A stretch of DNA of 64,000 nt, taken from Minisyncoccota bacterium. Lineage in GTDB: Bacteria; Patescibacteriota; Minisyncoccia; Phycocordibacterales; PALSA-1337. This document shows positions 1 to 10,281 of the stretch, piece after piece. A model generated the notes under the pieces. It worked only from the letters and a program-made list of their open reading frames with translations. It did no database searches and was not told the DNA's origin. The stretch spans positions 9,086 to 73,085 of the forward strand of contig JBAYFZ010000001.1 of the NCBI GenBank assembly GCA_041666915.1, written 5' to 3'. Both the position numbers and the translations under genes were made by a program. The first letter of the stretch is position 1; each line of letters starts with the position of its first letter.

Positions 1-496
1 CATAGAAGCTTTGCCTATTATAAAAGCTATAGAGAAAGCTGTTGGAAACCCTTCTTCGCTGAAGCTACGAAGGGCAGGAAAATCGAAAGTAAAGATAATT
101 TTCTTTAGCCCATCCGGTGAACAATTTTCTAATGAAATGGCAGAGACGTATAAGAAATATACTGACATTGTCTTTGTCTGCGGACGTTACGAAGGTATAG
201 ATGCTCGAATAAAAGAAGTTTTTCCAATGGTTGATGTTACAGTTGGTCCTTATGTTCTAACTGGTGGGGAATTGCCAGCCATGATAATGATAGATGCTAT
301 TACCAGAAGGATTTCTGGTGTTCTCGGCGACGATCTTTCTATTGAAGAATCTAGAATCGCTAGTAGAGATGTATATACCAGACCAGAGGTTATCGTCTAC
401 AAGAAAAAGAAGTACAAAGTACCAGAAATATTACTCACTGGTGACCACGCCAAGATTGAGGAGTGGAAAAAGAAGGTGAATGAGTCAAAAAGATAA
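1..496 (+). CDS. trmD: tRNA (guanine37-N1)-methyltransferase TrmD, C-terminal part (5' end outside window)
   Basis: Translation carries TrmD/SPOUT motifs 'VCGRYEGIDARI' and 'LTGGELPAMIMIDAITRRI'; reading frame is open to the window edge. Confidence 0.8.
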   Translation, partial: IEALPIIKAIEKAVGNPSSLKLRRAGKSKVKIIFFSPSGEQFSNEMAETYKKYTDIVFVCGRYEGIDARIKEVFPMVDVTVGPYVLTGGELPAMIMIDAITRRISGVLGDDLSIEESRIASRDVYTRPEVIVYKKKKYKVPEILLTGDHAKIEEWKKKVNESKR

Positions 497-559
497 TTAC
501 GAAACAAAAAATAGTTATTGTGAGCTTGTAAAGTTATTTTACGGAGTTAAAATTGTTGG

Positions 560-835
560 GTGAAAACATTTCCATTTTTACATAAAAAACTTGGTAGACC
601 AAGTAAAAAAGTACTTCGTTTTAGAAAGGCGATGGATGACGCCTTTGATGAGAGGATGAGGCATTCCATGAGACGTTTTGGAAGGCATGATTTTATATAT
701 TTTCGGTCTATAAGAAAAGCAACTAGAGAGTTTTTTAATGGCCCTGATGCAATTAGTCTAGCTAATTGGAAAACGTTTCAACCAATGAGTACGCAATATT
801 TCACCTGTCAAAAATTAGATTTATGCGACGATTAA
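560..835 (+). CDS. hypothetical small basic protein (91 aa)
   Basis: ORF in the trmD-rpoB intergenic region; Arg/Lys-rich; no recognisable family. A TTG at 557 is a possible alternative start. Confidence 0.3.
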   Translation: MKTFPFLHKKLGRPSKKVLRFRKAMDDAFDERMRHSMRRFGRHDFIYFRSIRKATREFFNGPDAISLANWKTFQPMSTQYFTCQKLDLCDD

Positions 836-868
836 TAGCTACTATTAGATACCTGTGTACAACTACCT

Positions 869-1060
869 CTTGACAAAAAAGGGGTGTATGCTAGGCTCAC
901 AACAACTTCGCAGATTGTGTTCTGCAGCGCCCTTCCGAAGTTTTAACGAAGGAGGGCCTATAGCGAGGGATTAGAAAGGTCTACCATTAATCCTACAGTG
1001 TATAAAACAAATTAATTGCCCCAATATTATTTACCGTTTTTAATATAAAACGGACTTTTT
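869..1060 (+). promoter_or_regulatory. rpoB leader region: -35-like TTGACA (869-874), imperfect hairpins, and an intrinsic-terminator/attenuator-like hairpin CCGTTTT-N6-AAAACGG plus T-run (1034-1060) about 26 nt before the rpoB ATG
   Basis: Seen in sequence: 'cttgacaaaaaaggggtgtatgctaggct'. Stems 'cccttccg...cgaaggaggg' and 'ggatta...ttaatcc'. Hairpin 'ccgttttTAATATaaaacgg' followed by 'actttttg'. Confidence 0.4.
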
Positions 1061-1086
1061 GCGTCATCTATTATTGTTCATTATTA

Positions 1087-4000
1087 ATGATCGGTTCCAA
1101 ATTAATTTTTATTAAAATGCCCATTACTACTACCTTTAGACCAAAGAAATATTTCTCAAGATATCAGACGCCTCTTACCGTCACTCCGCACATGGTTGAG
1201 TCTCAGCTCAAGTCTTTTGCTGATCTCATGGAAAGTGGATTTGAAAATCTCCTAAAGGAATTTTCTCCTATCACAGACTATGCAAGCAAAAAGTTTGAAC
1301 TTTCCATCGGAGGTATGGAACTCGTTAGACCAAAGTATGACGAACATTTCGCCAAGAATAATAAGATGAACTATGAGGGTCAGATCAAGGTCAAGGTGAC
1401 TTTGAAAAACAAATCCCTAAACGTAGTCAAAGAACAGGAAATGTTTTTGGCTGATTTTCCTCTGATGACCGACCACGGAACTTTCATCGTGAATGGTGTT
1501 GAACGTCTCATCACTCCACAGCTCGCTCATTCATTCGGTATTTTCTTCACTTCAGAAGAAGTAAAAGGCAAGAATTATTTTGGGGCAAAAATAATTCCTG
1601 CTCGCGGTGTTTGGATGGAAATAGAAAGTGATGCAGATAGTACTATATATTGTCGTATTGACCGTAAGCGCAAGTTTCCAGTAACTTCACTTTTGCGTAT
1701 TTTGGGCGCAACTACAAATGAGGCTATCCTTGACCTATTCAAAGATAAGCCAGAAATGAGAAAAGTTATTGAACTGACTTTGGCTAAGGATCATGCCAAG
1801 ACCGTAGATGAATCATACTTAGAAATCCACAAGCGTCTTCGTGATGGTGATCTAGCTACAGTAGATAACGCACGTTCATTTATCCAAGCTTTGCTCGAAC
1901 CAAATCGTTATGATATTTCAAGAGTTGGTCGTTTCCGTTTCAACAAGCGTTTCTCAAAGCCTATGGATGAGAAGTCTCTAGAACGCAAGACTTTGAATCT
2001 TGATGATATCGCTACTACTATTGGTCACATTGTCACTTTGAGTATCACTCCTGATATGCAAGCTGACGATATTGACCACCTAGGTTCACGCCGTGTTCGC
2101 TATGTCGGTGAACTTCTAGAACAGCGTATTCGTCTAGGTCTCACTCAGATGAAGCGTAACATTCAAGACAAGATGTCTACGGTTGAACCTGATGTTACTC
2201 TTCCTATTTCATTTATTTATCCACGTCCATTGCAAGCTCGTATCAAGGAATTCTTTACAACAAACCAACTTTCACAATTCATGTTGCAAGAGAACGTCTT
2301 GGCCGAAGTGGAACATCTCCGTACTTTGACTGCTCTCGGTCCCGGAGGTCTCTCTCGTGAGCGTGCAGGATTCGAAGTTCGCGACGTGCACCCATCTCAC
2401 TACGGTCGTCTCTGTCCTATCCATACTCCAGAAGGTCCAAACATTGGTCTAGTTTTGCGTTTGACAATGTATGCTCGCATCAATGATTTCGGAATGATTG
2501 AAACTCCTTATGCAAAGGTCAAAAACGGAAAAGTTACAAAAGAGATCGTCTACATGAACGCTCTTGAAGAAGAAAACTTCCGTATTGCTCACGCTGCAAC
2601 TCCTTATGACAAAGAAGGAAACATTACAGTTGATGAAGCTGAAGTTCGTATCAATGGCAAACCATTCTTGGCAAAGAAAAATGAAGTTGATTATATTGAC
2701 GTAGCTACAAACCAAGCTTTCTCTATCGCTACTTCTCTCATTCCATTTTTGAACCACGATGATGCAAACCGTGCGCTCATGGGATCAAACATGCAAAAGC
2801 AGGCTACTCCTTGTCTCGTTCCAGAAGCACCTTTCGTCGCTACTGGTATTGAAGCAAAGGCTGTCATTGACTCAGGTCGTGTGGTCGCTGCGCCAGAAGA
2901 TGGTGAGATCACTCATGTTGACGCAAAGAGAGTTGTCTTCAAATCTGCAAAGACAGGCAAGAGTCATGAATACAATCTCGTTCTATTTTCTAGAACAAAC
3001 GGTTTCACCGCTTTCCATCAACGTCCTATCATCAACCTTGGAGATAAGGTTAAGAAAGGAGATATTCTAGTTGATACCTCTACATCAGATCATGGAGAAA
3101 TGGCTCTCGGTCACAATGCTCTAGTAGCCTTCATGTCATGGTCTGGATCAAACTACGAGGATGCCATCATCCTTTCTGAACGTGTTGTAAAGAACAGTAA
3201 GTGGAGTTCTATTCACATTGAGGAATTCGTAGTCAATGTTCGTGACACCAAACTTGGTCCTGAAGTTACAACTTGTGATATCACTAACGTCGGTGAAGCC
3301 AAGCTCAAGAATCTTACAGAAGAGGGTATTGTTCGTATTGGTGCAGAAGTTCGTCCTGGCGATATTCTAGTTGGTAAAATTTCTCCAAAGGGTGAAACTC
3401 AACTTACACCAGAAGAAAGACTTTTACGTTCTATTTTCGGAGAAAAAGCTCGCGATGTGAAGGATACTTCAAAGAGAATGGAAAACGGCAAACGTGGTCG
3501 CGTCATCTCTGTCAAAGTATTTTCTCGTGAGAAGGGAGATAAGCTAGAGTCAGGTATCATCAAGAAGATTTATGTTGAAGTCGCTCAAGTTCGTAATGTT
3601 TCCGTTGGAGACAAGATGGCCGGACGTCACGGTAACAAAGGTGTTATCTCAAAGATTCTTCCAGAAGAGGATATGCCATATATGGAAGATGGAACACCTA
3701 TTGATGTTATCCTTACTCCACTCGGTGTGCCTTCTCGTATGAACCTCGGACAGATCCTAGAATTGCACCTCGGTCTTGCTGCAAATACTCTTGGCTACCA
3801 AGCTATCGTTCCTCCTTTCACAGGAGCAACTGATGCAGAAATCAAAGAAGAGTTGGTCAAAGCAGGATTCGATAAGTCAGGAAAAATGTTGCTACGCGAT
3901 GGTCGCACAGGAGAACATTTCAAACAGCCTGTTGCTGTCGGATACATGTACATCTTGAAACTACATCACATGGTTGAAGACAAGATCCACATGCGTTCTA

Positions 4001-4305
4001 TCGGTCCTTACTCTCTCATTACTCAACAGCCACTAGGAGGTAAAGCTCAAGGTGGAGGTCAGAGATTTGGAGAAATGGAAGTCTGGGCATTGCTCGGTCA
4101 CGGTGCCGCTCATACTTTGCGTGAAATTCTTACAGTTAAGTCAGATGATATCGTCGGTCGTTCACAAACATTCGATGCTATCGTCAAGGGTGAAAAGATG
4201 CGTGTTCCGAATTTACCAGCCTCATTCAATGTGCTTTTGAAGACATTACGTGGATTGGCGCTTAACGTGGAGTTGGTTAATAAGCCTAGAGTAGATGAAG
4301 AATAA
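1087..4305 (+). CDS. rpoB: DNA-directed RNA polymerase subunit beta
   Basis: 1072-aa ORF with diagnostic RpoB blocks ('GMELVRPKYDE', 'NVGLVLRLTMYAR', 'GHNALVAFMSWSGSNYEDAI', 'GDKMAGRHGNKGVISKILP', 'GGQRFGEMEVWAL'). True start may be the internal Met at 1117 ('MPITTTF'). Confidence 0.95.
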   Translation: MIGSKLIFIKMPITTTFRPKKYFSRYQTPLTVTPHMVESQLKSFADLMESGFENLLKEFSPITDYASKKFELSIGGMELVRPKYDEHFAKNNKMNYEGQIKVKVTLKNKSLNVVKEQEMFLADFPLMTDHGTFIVNGVERLITPQLAHSFGIFFTSEEVKGKNYFGAKIIPARGVWMEIESDADSTIYCRIDRKRKFPVTSLLRILGATTNEAILDLFKDKPEMRKVIELTLAKDHAKTVDESYLEIHKRLRDGDLATVDNARSFIQALLEPNRYDISRVGRFRFNKRFSKPMDEKSLERKTLNLDDIATTIGHIVTLSITPDMQADDIDHLGSRRVRYVGELLEQRIRLGLTQMKRNIQDKMSTVEPDVTLPISFIYPRPLQARIKEFFTTNQLSQFMLQENVLAEVEHLRTLTALGPGGLSRERAGFEVRDVHPSHYGRLCPIHTPEGPNIGLVLRLTMYARINDFGMIETPYAKVKNGKVTKEIVYMNALEEENFRIAHAATPYDKEGNITVDEAEVRINGKPFLAKKNEVDYIDVATNQAFSIATSLIPFLNHDDANRALMGSNMQKQATPCLVPEAPFVATGIEAKAVIDSGRVVAAPEDGEITHVDAKRVVFKSAKTGKSHEYNLVLFSRTNGFTAFHQRPIINLGDKVKKGDILVDTSTSDHGEMALGHNALVAFMSWSGSNYEDAIILSERVVKNSKWSSIHIEEFVVNVRDTKLGPEVTTCDITNVGEAKLKNLTEEGIVRIGAEVRPGDILVGKISPKGETQLTPEERLLRSIFGEKARDVKDTSKRMENGKRGRVISVKVFSREKGDKLESGIIKKIYVEVAQVRNVSVGDKMAGRHGNKGVISKILPEEDMPYMEDGTPIDVILTPLGVPSRMNLGQILELHLGLAANTLGYQAIVPPFTGATDAEIKEELVKAGFDKSGKMLLRDGRTGEHFKQPVAVGYMYILKLHHMVEDKIHMRSIGPYSLITQQPLGGKAQGGGQRFGEMEVWALLGHGAAHTLREILTVKSDDIVGRSQTFDAIVKGEKMRVPNLPASFNVLLKTLRGLALNVELVNKPRVDEE

Positions 4306-4331
4306 GAGTAAATGAAAGTGTAAAAATCAAA

Positions 4332-4709
4332 ATGGAAAATGACAAAGAAAAATTTAAAAATGAATTTAAAAAGAGATTGTATAAGTGGGTGCTGAGATTA
4401 GTTAAATTCATTGATAAACTTCCGAAAGATTCAGTCTCCAATGTTATGGGAAAGCAGTTACTTAGAAGTGGTACAAGTATATTGGCAAATTATGTTGAAG
4501 CAAGCTCAGCGAGTTCAAGAAAAGATTTTATTAATTTTTTCACACATTCGCTCAAATCTTCAAATGAGTCAAAGGTTTGGTTAACATTGTTACGTGATAC
4601 GGAGAAGGGAGATGTAAAGGAGTTGCTGTGGTTATTGAAAGAGTTAATTGAGGTTTCGAACATTATAGCTTCCAGCATCATTACGTTAAAGAAGAAAAAA
4701 CAATTATGA
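4332..4709 (+). CDS. four-helix-bundle protein (23S rRNA intervening-sequence protein family, TIGR02436-like)
   Basis: 125-aa ORF with family-typical block 'LLRSGTSILANYVEASSASSRKDFINFFTHSLKSSNES'; sits between rpoB and rpoC. Confidence 0.7.
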   Translation: MENDKEKFKNEFKKRLYKWVLRLVKFIDKLPKDSVSNVMGKQLLRSGTSILANYVEASSASSRKDFINFFTHSLKSSNESKVWLTLLRDTEKGDVKELLWLLKELIEVSNIIASSIITLKKKKQL

Positions 4710-5350
4710 AAACAAATAAGCAAAAAGGTTATGTAATTCCTCTAGTCACCGCTATTGTGGTTATTCTCGTTGTCGGCGTAGTGTATTACTCCACTCAAAG
4801 GAAACAGAGTTATTGTTGGCCATATTGTCCAAATATGACTGATCAAGACAGAGAAATCATTAAGAATCAAATGCGAGAGGCTACATCTACGAATCCGGAT
4901 ACTGCGAGCTGGAAGACATATACTAACCCCGTCTTCGGCTACAGTTTTAAGTACCCTTCTGAATCTGAATTGGCGGATCAAAAATCTTTTGACAATAATG
5001 GTAACCTCATAGTTGTAATTTTTCCACAGCCAAGTCAGGGGGTTGGTGTTCAATTTTCAGTTTCAGTTTCTGACAACACTGCTAATTGTTATAAAAATGA
5101 TTTAAGAGGCACGTCTACCAGAACGGTGACGATTAATGGAAATACTTACCATGTCGGTAGCGGTGGTGATCAAGGTATGGGTGGTGCGATTGGTGAATAC
5201 ACCAACTATGCCATTATAAAGAATAGTGCTTGTTATCAATTAGTCATGGATCTTCAATGGAATCGATCATCTGGAAGGAATTTCGATGAGCAAAAAATAC
5301 AGGATTATCTCAAACAAATCTTATCAACCTTTAAATTTATCAGCCAATAA
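4706..5350 (+). CDS. hypothetical membrane-anchored protein (N-terminal TM helix, extracytoplasmic domain)
   Basis: 214-aa ORF overlapping the upstream gene by 4 nt (ATGA). Hydrophobic stretch 'VIPLVTAIVVILVVGVVYY' after a K-rich N-terminus. No family recognised. Confidence 0.5.
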   Translation: MKTNKQKGYVIPLVTAIVVILVVGVVYYSTQRKQSYCWPYCPNMTDQDREIIKNQMREATSTNPDTASWKTYTNPVFGYSFKYPSESELADQKSFDNNGNLIVVIFPQPSQGVGVQFSVSVSDNTANCYKNDLRGTSTRTVTINGNTYHVGSGGDQGMGGAIGEYTNYAIIKNSACYQLVMDLQWNRSSGRNFDEQKIQDYLKQILSTFKFISQ

Positions 5351-5395
5351 TCTTAACATTTTTAATTTTGATATTTAATCTTTAATTTAATTACC

Positions 5396-8300
5396 ATGCA
5401 ACCAAATATAAATAAAAAGCAAAATGAACCAACACAGTTTGACCTAGTCAAATTGACATTGGCATCACCTGATAAGATCCTTGAATGGTCATATGGTGAG
5501 ATCACCAAACCAGAAACCATCAACTATCGTACACAACGATCTGAAAAGAGCGGTCTCTTTGACGAGCGCATCTTTGGTCCAGACCGAGATTTTGAATGTT
5601 ACTGTGGAAAATATCGCGGTATTCGTTACAAAGGTATTGTTTGCGAAAAGTGTGGAGTTGAAATTACACGCTCAATAGTTCGCCGTGACCGCATGGGACA
5701 TATTGAACTAGCAAGTCCAGTTTCTCATATCTGGTTCCTCCGCAGTGTCCCTTCACGTATTGGTCTTATCTTAGGAATGACTACTTCAGATCTTGAAAAA
5801 GTAGTTTATTTCGCTGGATATATTGTTACCAAAGTTCACGTAGGTGAAAAGGAGAGTTTCCTCAAAGAACTTGATACTGAATACAAGAGTAAAGTTAAGG
5901 CTGCTCAAGATGACAAGACCAAGGAAGCTTTGAAAGAACTCGTAGTCAATGCTCGTAAAGATATTGAAAGTCTCGTAGAAGGTTTTGTTATGGATGAAGC
6001 TACTTATCATAAATTTGCTGTGAAGTATGGCTCTCTATTTGAAGCTGGTATTGGTGCAGAAGTCATATACGAACTTTTGAAGAAGGTTGATTTAGTCAAA
6101 CTCCAAGCAGAATTGATCAAGGTTCATGATGTTGCTGGTACAGCTGATCGTGAAAGACTCTCAAAGCGTTTGTCATTGGTCAAGCAAATGATCAAAGCCA
6201 AGGTTCGTCCAGAATGGATGTTCCTAGTTCGTATTCCAGTCATTCCACCAGGACTCCGTCCAATGGTTGCTCTTGATGGTGGACGTTACGCTACTTCAGA
6301 TGTAAACGATTTGTATCGCCGTGTTATCAACCGCAACAATCGTCTTTTGAAATTGAAAGAGATCAATGCTCCAGAAGTTATTCTCCGCAACGAAAAGCGT
6401 ATTTTGCAAGAAGCTGTAGATGCTCTCATAGATAACTCTATCCGTCACAGTTCTTCTGCTGGTGCTGCCGCAGTTGCTGCTCAGAAGCGAGCTTTGAAAT
6501 CACTCTCAGATAGTTTGAAGTCAAAGAGAGGACTATTTCGTCAGAACCTTCTCGGTAAGCGCGTAGACTATTCTGGTCGTTCAGTTATCGTCGTCGGCCC
6601 AGAGCTCAAACTAGATGAATGTGGTTTGCCAAAACACATGGCCTTGGAATTGTTCCGTCCATTCGTCATCTCAGGACTTTTGAAAAAAGAATTAGCTTAC
6701 AACATTCGTGGTGCAAACAGACTCATTGATGATGGTGCAAAAGAAGTTTGGGAAATTCTAGAAGAAGTTATTAAAGGTAAATACGTACTCTTGAACCGTG
6801 CTCCTACTTTGCACCGTTTAGGTATTCAAGCTTTTAGACCTCAACTTATTGAAGGTAATGCTATCCATGTTCACCCACTCGTATGTACAGCTTTCAACGC
6901 TGACTTCGATGGAGACCAGATGGCCGTACACGTTCCGTTGTCAGATGAGGCTCAGATGGAAGCAAAGATGATCATGGCTTCTGATAGGAACATCTTGAAA
7001 CCAGGTAACAATGACCCTACTGTTGTAGCAAAGATGCTTGATATTGTGCTCGGTTGTTTCTGGGTTACGAAAGTTGTGGCTGGTGCAAATGGTGAAGGTA
7101 AAGCTTTTGAATCTCCTGATTCAGCTATCTTGGCAAATAGTTTTGAAAGTATAGATCTTCGTGCCAAGGTTAAAGTTGTAGCTCCAAATACTCCAAAGTA
7201 TGCAAAATTTGAAGGTAAGATTTTTGAGACTACAGTCGGAAGAATCTTGCTCAACAATATTTTGCCTGATGATTATCCTTTCATCAATGAAGAAGTTGGA
7301 CGCAAATATCTAGGTCAGATTATTGACGACATGATCACTCTCCGTGGAGCTGAGAATGTTGCGCCAATTCTAGATAAGATAAAATCTTTCGGTTTTAGTT
7401 ACGCTACTATTTCTGGTACAACTTGGGGTATTGATGACATCATGGTTCCAGATTCAAAGAAAGCAATCATTGCCAAAGGTAAAGTCCAAGCTGATATTGT
7501 CAGTAAGCAGTTTGATGAAGGTCTTCTTGCAGAAGAAGAAAGAATCAGAAAACATATTGAAATTTGGCAGAGAGCCAAGGGTGAAGTTGAAAAAGCAATT
7601 CCTGCTTCTTTGGACAAGCTCGGTTCTGTCTACGACATGATCACCTCTGGAGCTCGCGGATCCCTATCACAGATCACACAAATGGTTGGTATGAAAGGTC
7701 TTATCTCATCAGTTTCTGGAGAAACTATTGAATTCCCGATCCTATCCTGTTCCAAGGAAGGTCTTACTCCTATTGAATATTTCATTACTACTCACGGTTC
7801 AAGAAAGGGTCTCACAGACACCGCTTTGAACACCGCTAAAGCAGGTTACCTCACACGTAAGCTCTTCGTGGTTGCTCAAGATGTCGTAGTTTCTGAAGAA
7901 GATTGTGGTACAAAAGAATTTATTACTATATACAAGCAGACTGCTTCTGGTATGAATATTCCTCTTTCAAAGAATATTCGCGGACGTAATATTGCTGAAG
8001 ATATCAAGACTGCCGATGGAAAAGTTTTATTTGAAAAGGGACATCTCTTGAATAAGTCGGACGCTCTCAAAGTTGAAGCTGCTGGTATAAATGAAGTCAA
8101 AGTCCGTTCACCACTCTCATGTAAAACTCTACGTGGTGTTTGTTCCAAGTGTTACGGTCTAGACCTAGGTAGGAATACTCCTATCGCTCTAGGTGAAGCT
8201 GTAGGAACTATTGCTGCTCAAGCCATCGGAGAACCTGGTACACAGCTAACAATGCGTACATTCCATGCTGGTGGTACTGCTTCACAAGGTGGAGACATCA

Positions 8301-9073
8301 CATCAGGTCTACCACGCGTTGAAGAAGTTTTTGAAAAGCGTCGTCCAAAGAATCCTGCTGTGGTAGCAACCGTGAACGGTGTAGTTACAGGTATGAAGGA
8401 TGTTGGAAAAGAAAAGATGATCTATGTCATTCCAGATATTGAAGACAAGGGTAAAGGCAAAGCAACTGAAGTTGAATATGTCTTCCCATATCGCCGTACT
8501 ACTATGGTCAAAGCAGGTGATCGTGTAAAGAAGGGTCAACTCTTGACTGATGGTTCTGCTGATATTGACGAGATCTTTGAATACGGTGGAGAAGAGCGTG
8601 CCAAGGATTACGTTATTACTGAAGTTGGTAAGATCTACGAACTTCAGGGAGAAACGGTTTCCCGTAAGCACATTGAACTCATCGTTAAACAGATGTTCAG
8701 TCGTCGTAAGATCATTGATGGTGGAGATACAAACTTCACTGAAGGTATGATCATCGATGATATTCAATTTGCAGAAGAGAATGCGGAAGCCAAAGAAGCT
8801 GGAGGTACTATCGCCAAGGCCGAGAAATTGGTCATGGGTATTACCGAAACTTCTCTATCAAGAAAGAGTTTCTTGTCAGCTGCATCATTCCAGCACACTA
8901 CTCGTGTCCTCATCGCCAACGCGGTCCGTGGTGCTTCAGATGACCTCACAGGCCTCATGGAAAACGTTATCATTGGTCGCTTGGTTCCAGCTGGTTCAGG
9001 TTTCGTTGGATCACCAAAGAAAAAGATGATTGACGCTGTTTCAGCAGGTAGTGAGGAGGTTGAGGGGGAGTAA
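5396..9073 (+). CDS. rpoC: DNA-directed RNA polymerase subunit beta'
   Basis: 1225 aa. Zinc-binding '[20 protein letters not shown]', catalytic '[16 protein letters not shown]', trigger-loop and C-terminal conserved blocks. Confidence 0.95.
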   Translation: MQPNINKKQNEPTQFDLVKLTLASPDKILEWSYGEITKPETINYRTQRSEKSGLFDERIFGPDRDFECYCGKYRGIRYKGIVCEKCGVEITRSIVRRDRMGHIELASPVSHIWFLRSVPSRIGLILGMTTSDLEKVVYFAGYIVTKVHVGEKESFLKELDTEYKSKVKAAQDDKTKEALKELVVNARKDIESLVEGFVMDEATYHKFAVKYGSLFEAGIGAEVIYELLKKVDLVKLQAELIKVHDVAGTADRERLSKRLSLVKQMIKAKVRPEWMFLVRIPVIPPGLRPMVALDGGRYATSDVNDLYRRVINRNNRLLKLKEINAPEVILRNEKRILQEAVDALIDNSIRHSSSAGAAAVAAQKRALKSLSDSLKSKRGLFRQNLLGKRVDYSGRSVIVVGPELKLDECGLPKHMALELFRPFVISGLLKKELAYNIRGANRLIDDGAKEVWEILEEVIKGKYVLLNRAPTLHRLGIQAFRPQLIEGNAIHVHPLVCTAFNADFDGDQMAVHVPLSDEAQMEAKMIMASDRNILKPGNNDPTVVAKMLDIVLGCFWVTKVVAGANGEGKAFESPDSAILANSFESIDLRAKVKVVAPNTPKYAKFEGKIFETTVGRILLNNILPDDYPFINEEVGRKYLGQIIDDMITLRGAENVAPILDKIKSFGFSYATISGTTWGIDDIMVPDSKKAIIAKGKVQADIVSKQFDEGLLAEEERIRKHIEIWQRAKGEVEKAIPASLDKLGSVYDMITSGARGSLSQITQMVGMKGLISSVSGETIEFPILSCSKEGLTPIEYFITTHGSRKGLTDTALNTAKAGYLTRKLFVVAQDVVVSEEDCGTKEFITIYKQTASGMNIPLSKNIRGRNIAEDIKTADGKVLFEKGHLLNKSDALKVEAAGINEVKVRSPLSCKTLRGVCSKCYGLDLGRNTPIALGEAVGTIAAQAIGEPGTQLTMRTFHAGGTASQGGDITSGLPRVEEVFEKRRPKNPAVVATVNGVVTGMKDVGKEKMIYVIPDIEDKGKGKATEVEYVFPYRRTTMVKAGDRVKKGQLLTDGSADIDEIFEYGGEERAKDYVITEVGKIYELQGETVSRKHIELIVKQMFSRRKIIDGGDTNFTEGMIIDDIQFAEENAEAKEAGGTIAKAEKLVMGITETSLSRKSFLSAASFQHTTRVLIANAVRGASDDLTGLMENVIIGRLVPAGSGFVGSPKKKMIDAVSAGSEEVEGE

Positions 9074-9093
9074 TAGGATAATTTAATAAAAAG

Positions 9094-9127
9094 AAAAACC
9101 AACTTCCTGAAAGGGGGTTGGTTTTTT
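9094..9127 (+). terminator. intrinsic terminator after rpoC
   Basis: 'aaaaAACCAACttcctgaaagggGGTTGGTTtttt': stem of about 7 bp followed by a T-run, 20 nt after the rpoC stop. Confidence 0.65.
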
Positions 9128-9143
9128 GATTGAAGATCTATCT

Positions 9144-9413
9144 TTAGATTTTTTGGGGCGGTGTATTGTTAGACTCTCTTTTCCAGCGTCTATACTTTTT
9201 ATAATAGAACATTGTCTCCATTAACGAGGCAAGGGCAACAGATAAGACGGTAGATAAAATAAACATAGAGAAAATCTCTCGAATGGTCAATATTCCTAAC
9301 ATCATACATTCTAGTACATAAGGATGTATGATATTGTGTATCACAATTGCTCCAGAGGTAGATATCAATAGGCAAAATAGCCATGAAATCATTGACTTTA
9401 AATGATTATTCAT
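9144..9413 (-). CDS. hypothetical small membrane protein (89 aa, two predicted TM helices)
   Basis: ORF with two hydrophobic segments ('ISWLFCLLISTSGAIVI', 'FILSTVLSVALASL'); no family recognised. Confidence 0.3.
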   Translation of the reverse strand: MNNHLKSMISWLFCLLISTSGAIVIHNIIHPYVLECMMLGILTIREIFSMFILSTVLSVALASLMETMFYYKKYRRWKRESNNTPPQKI

Positions 9414-9485
9414 AAATTTATCTTTGTTTTTTGTTGTTGAAGATCAGTCAGCTACTTTCTAGATGATACAATACCGATTGTTAAC

Positions 9486-9523
9486 TTGTCAATGTATACA
9501 AACTCCGCCTATAAACCTATAAT
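9486..9523 (+). promoter_or_regulatory. candidate sigma70-type promoter for the Fic gene
   Basis: TTGTCA (9486-9491), 18 nt, TATAAA (9510-9515). A perfect TATAAT also occurs at 9518-9523. Fic ATG is at 9532. Confidence 0.35.
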
Positions 9524-9531
9524 TACCGTTA

Positions 9532-10278
9532 ATGAAACCTGAATTTCTCACAAAAATCGATGCTGTTAAAGCCGAAATCGAAAAGCATGGCGTCCTAGAT
9601 CCGGCATTATTAAAGAATCTTGATGAGTGGTATCGCATAGAATTAACCTACACTTCAAATGCTCTAGAAGGTAACACTTTGACGCGTCAAGAAACCGCAT
9701 TGGTGGTTGAAAAAGATATTAGTATTGATGGTAAGCAACTAAGAGAACTCATTGAAGCGAAGAATCATGGAGAAGCAGTTGAGTTTATTAAAAAATTTGC
9801 CAAGGATCATTCTGGCCTCGGTGATGTCACTTTACCTGCTATTCTTGATATTCATCGTATCATTTTACAAAAGAATGATGACGTGAATGCTGGCAGACTT
9901 CGTAATGTTCCAGTCAGGATTTCTGGTTCAACATCAATAATGCCCAATCCAGCCTCGGTGCCAAAACTCATGGAAGAATTCATTACTTGGTTGAGTAGTA
10001 GTAAAGATCATTCAGCCTCAACCGCTATAGAAGCTCATTATCGTTTTGTCTCCATTCATCCATTTACCGATGGTAATGGTAGAACCGCCCGTCTTCTTCT
10101 TAATCTAATACTTTTACAAAATAATTATCCGCCAGTTATTATTCACCCTGAAGACAGGAGAGTTTACGTAACATCTCTTGAAAAAGCTCAAACAGGCGGA
10201 AGCAAAGATGATTATGAGAATTTTATGTTGGAGGCGGTACTAAAATCGGCAGAGGAGTATTTGAAATCTATTAAATAG
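9532..10278 (+). CDS. fic: Fic family protein (AMPylating/adenylyltransferase fold) with N-terminal inhibitory-helix motif (class II-like)
   Basis: Fic active-site motif 'HPFTDGNGRTARLL' (HxFx(D/E)GNGRxxR). N-terminal 'TSNALEGN' fits the (S/T)xxxE(G/N) inhibitory motif. Confidence 0.85.
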   Translation: MKPEFLTKIDAVKAEIEKHGVLDPALLKNLDEWYRIELTYTSNALEGNTLTRQETALVVEKDISIDGKQLRELIEAKNHGEAVEFIKKFAKDHSGLGDVTLPAILDIHRIILQKNDDVNAGRLRNVPVRISGSTSIMPNPASVPKLMEEFITWLSSSKDHSASTAIEAHYRFVSIHPFTDGNGRTARLLLNLILLQNNYPPVIIHPEDRRVYVTSLEKAQTGGSKDDYENFMLEAVLKSAEEYLKSIK

Positions 10279-10281
10279 TAC

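Noticed and set aside
294-479. 61-aa plus-strand ORF inside trmD in another frame
   Set aside because: Fully nested in the TrmD reading frame, which carries clear family motifs; no independent signal.
2449-2912. Minus-strand ORFs (102 aa, 73 aa) inside rpoB; similar antisense ORFs inside rpoC (for example 8309-8767), ftsZ (36980-37492) and ftsA (39666-40166)
   Set aside because: Antisense to strongly supported conserved genes; typical stop-free antisense frames.
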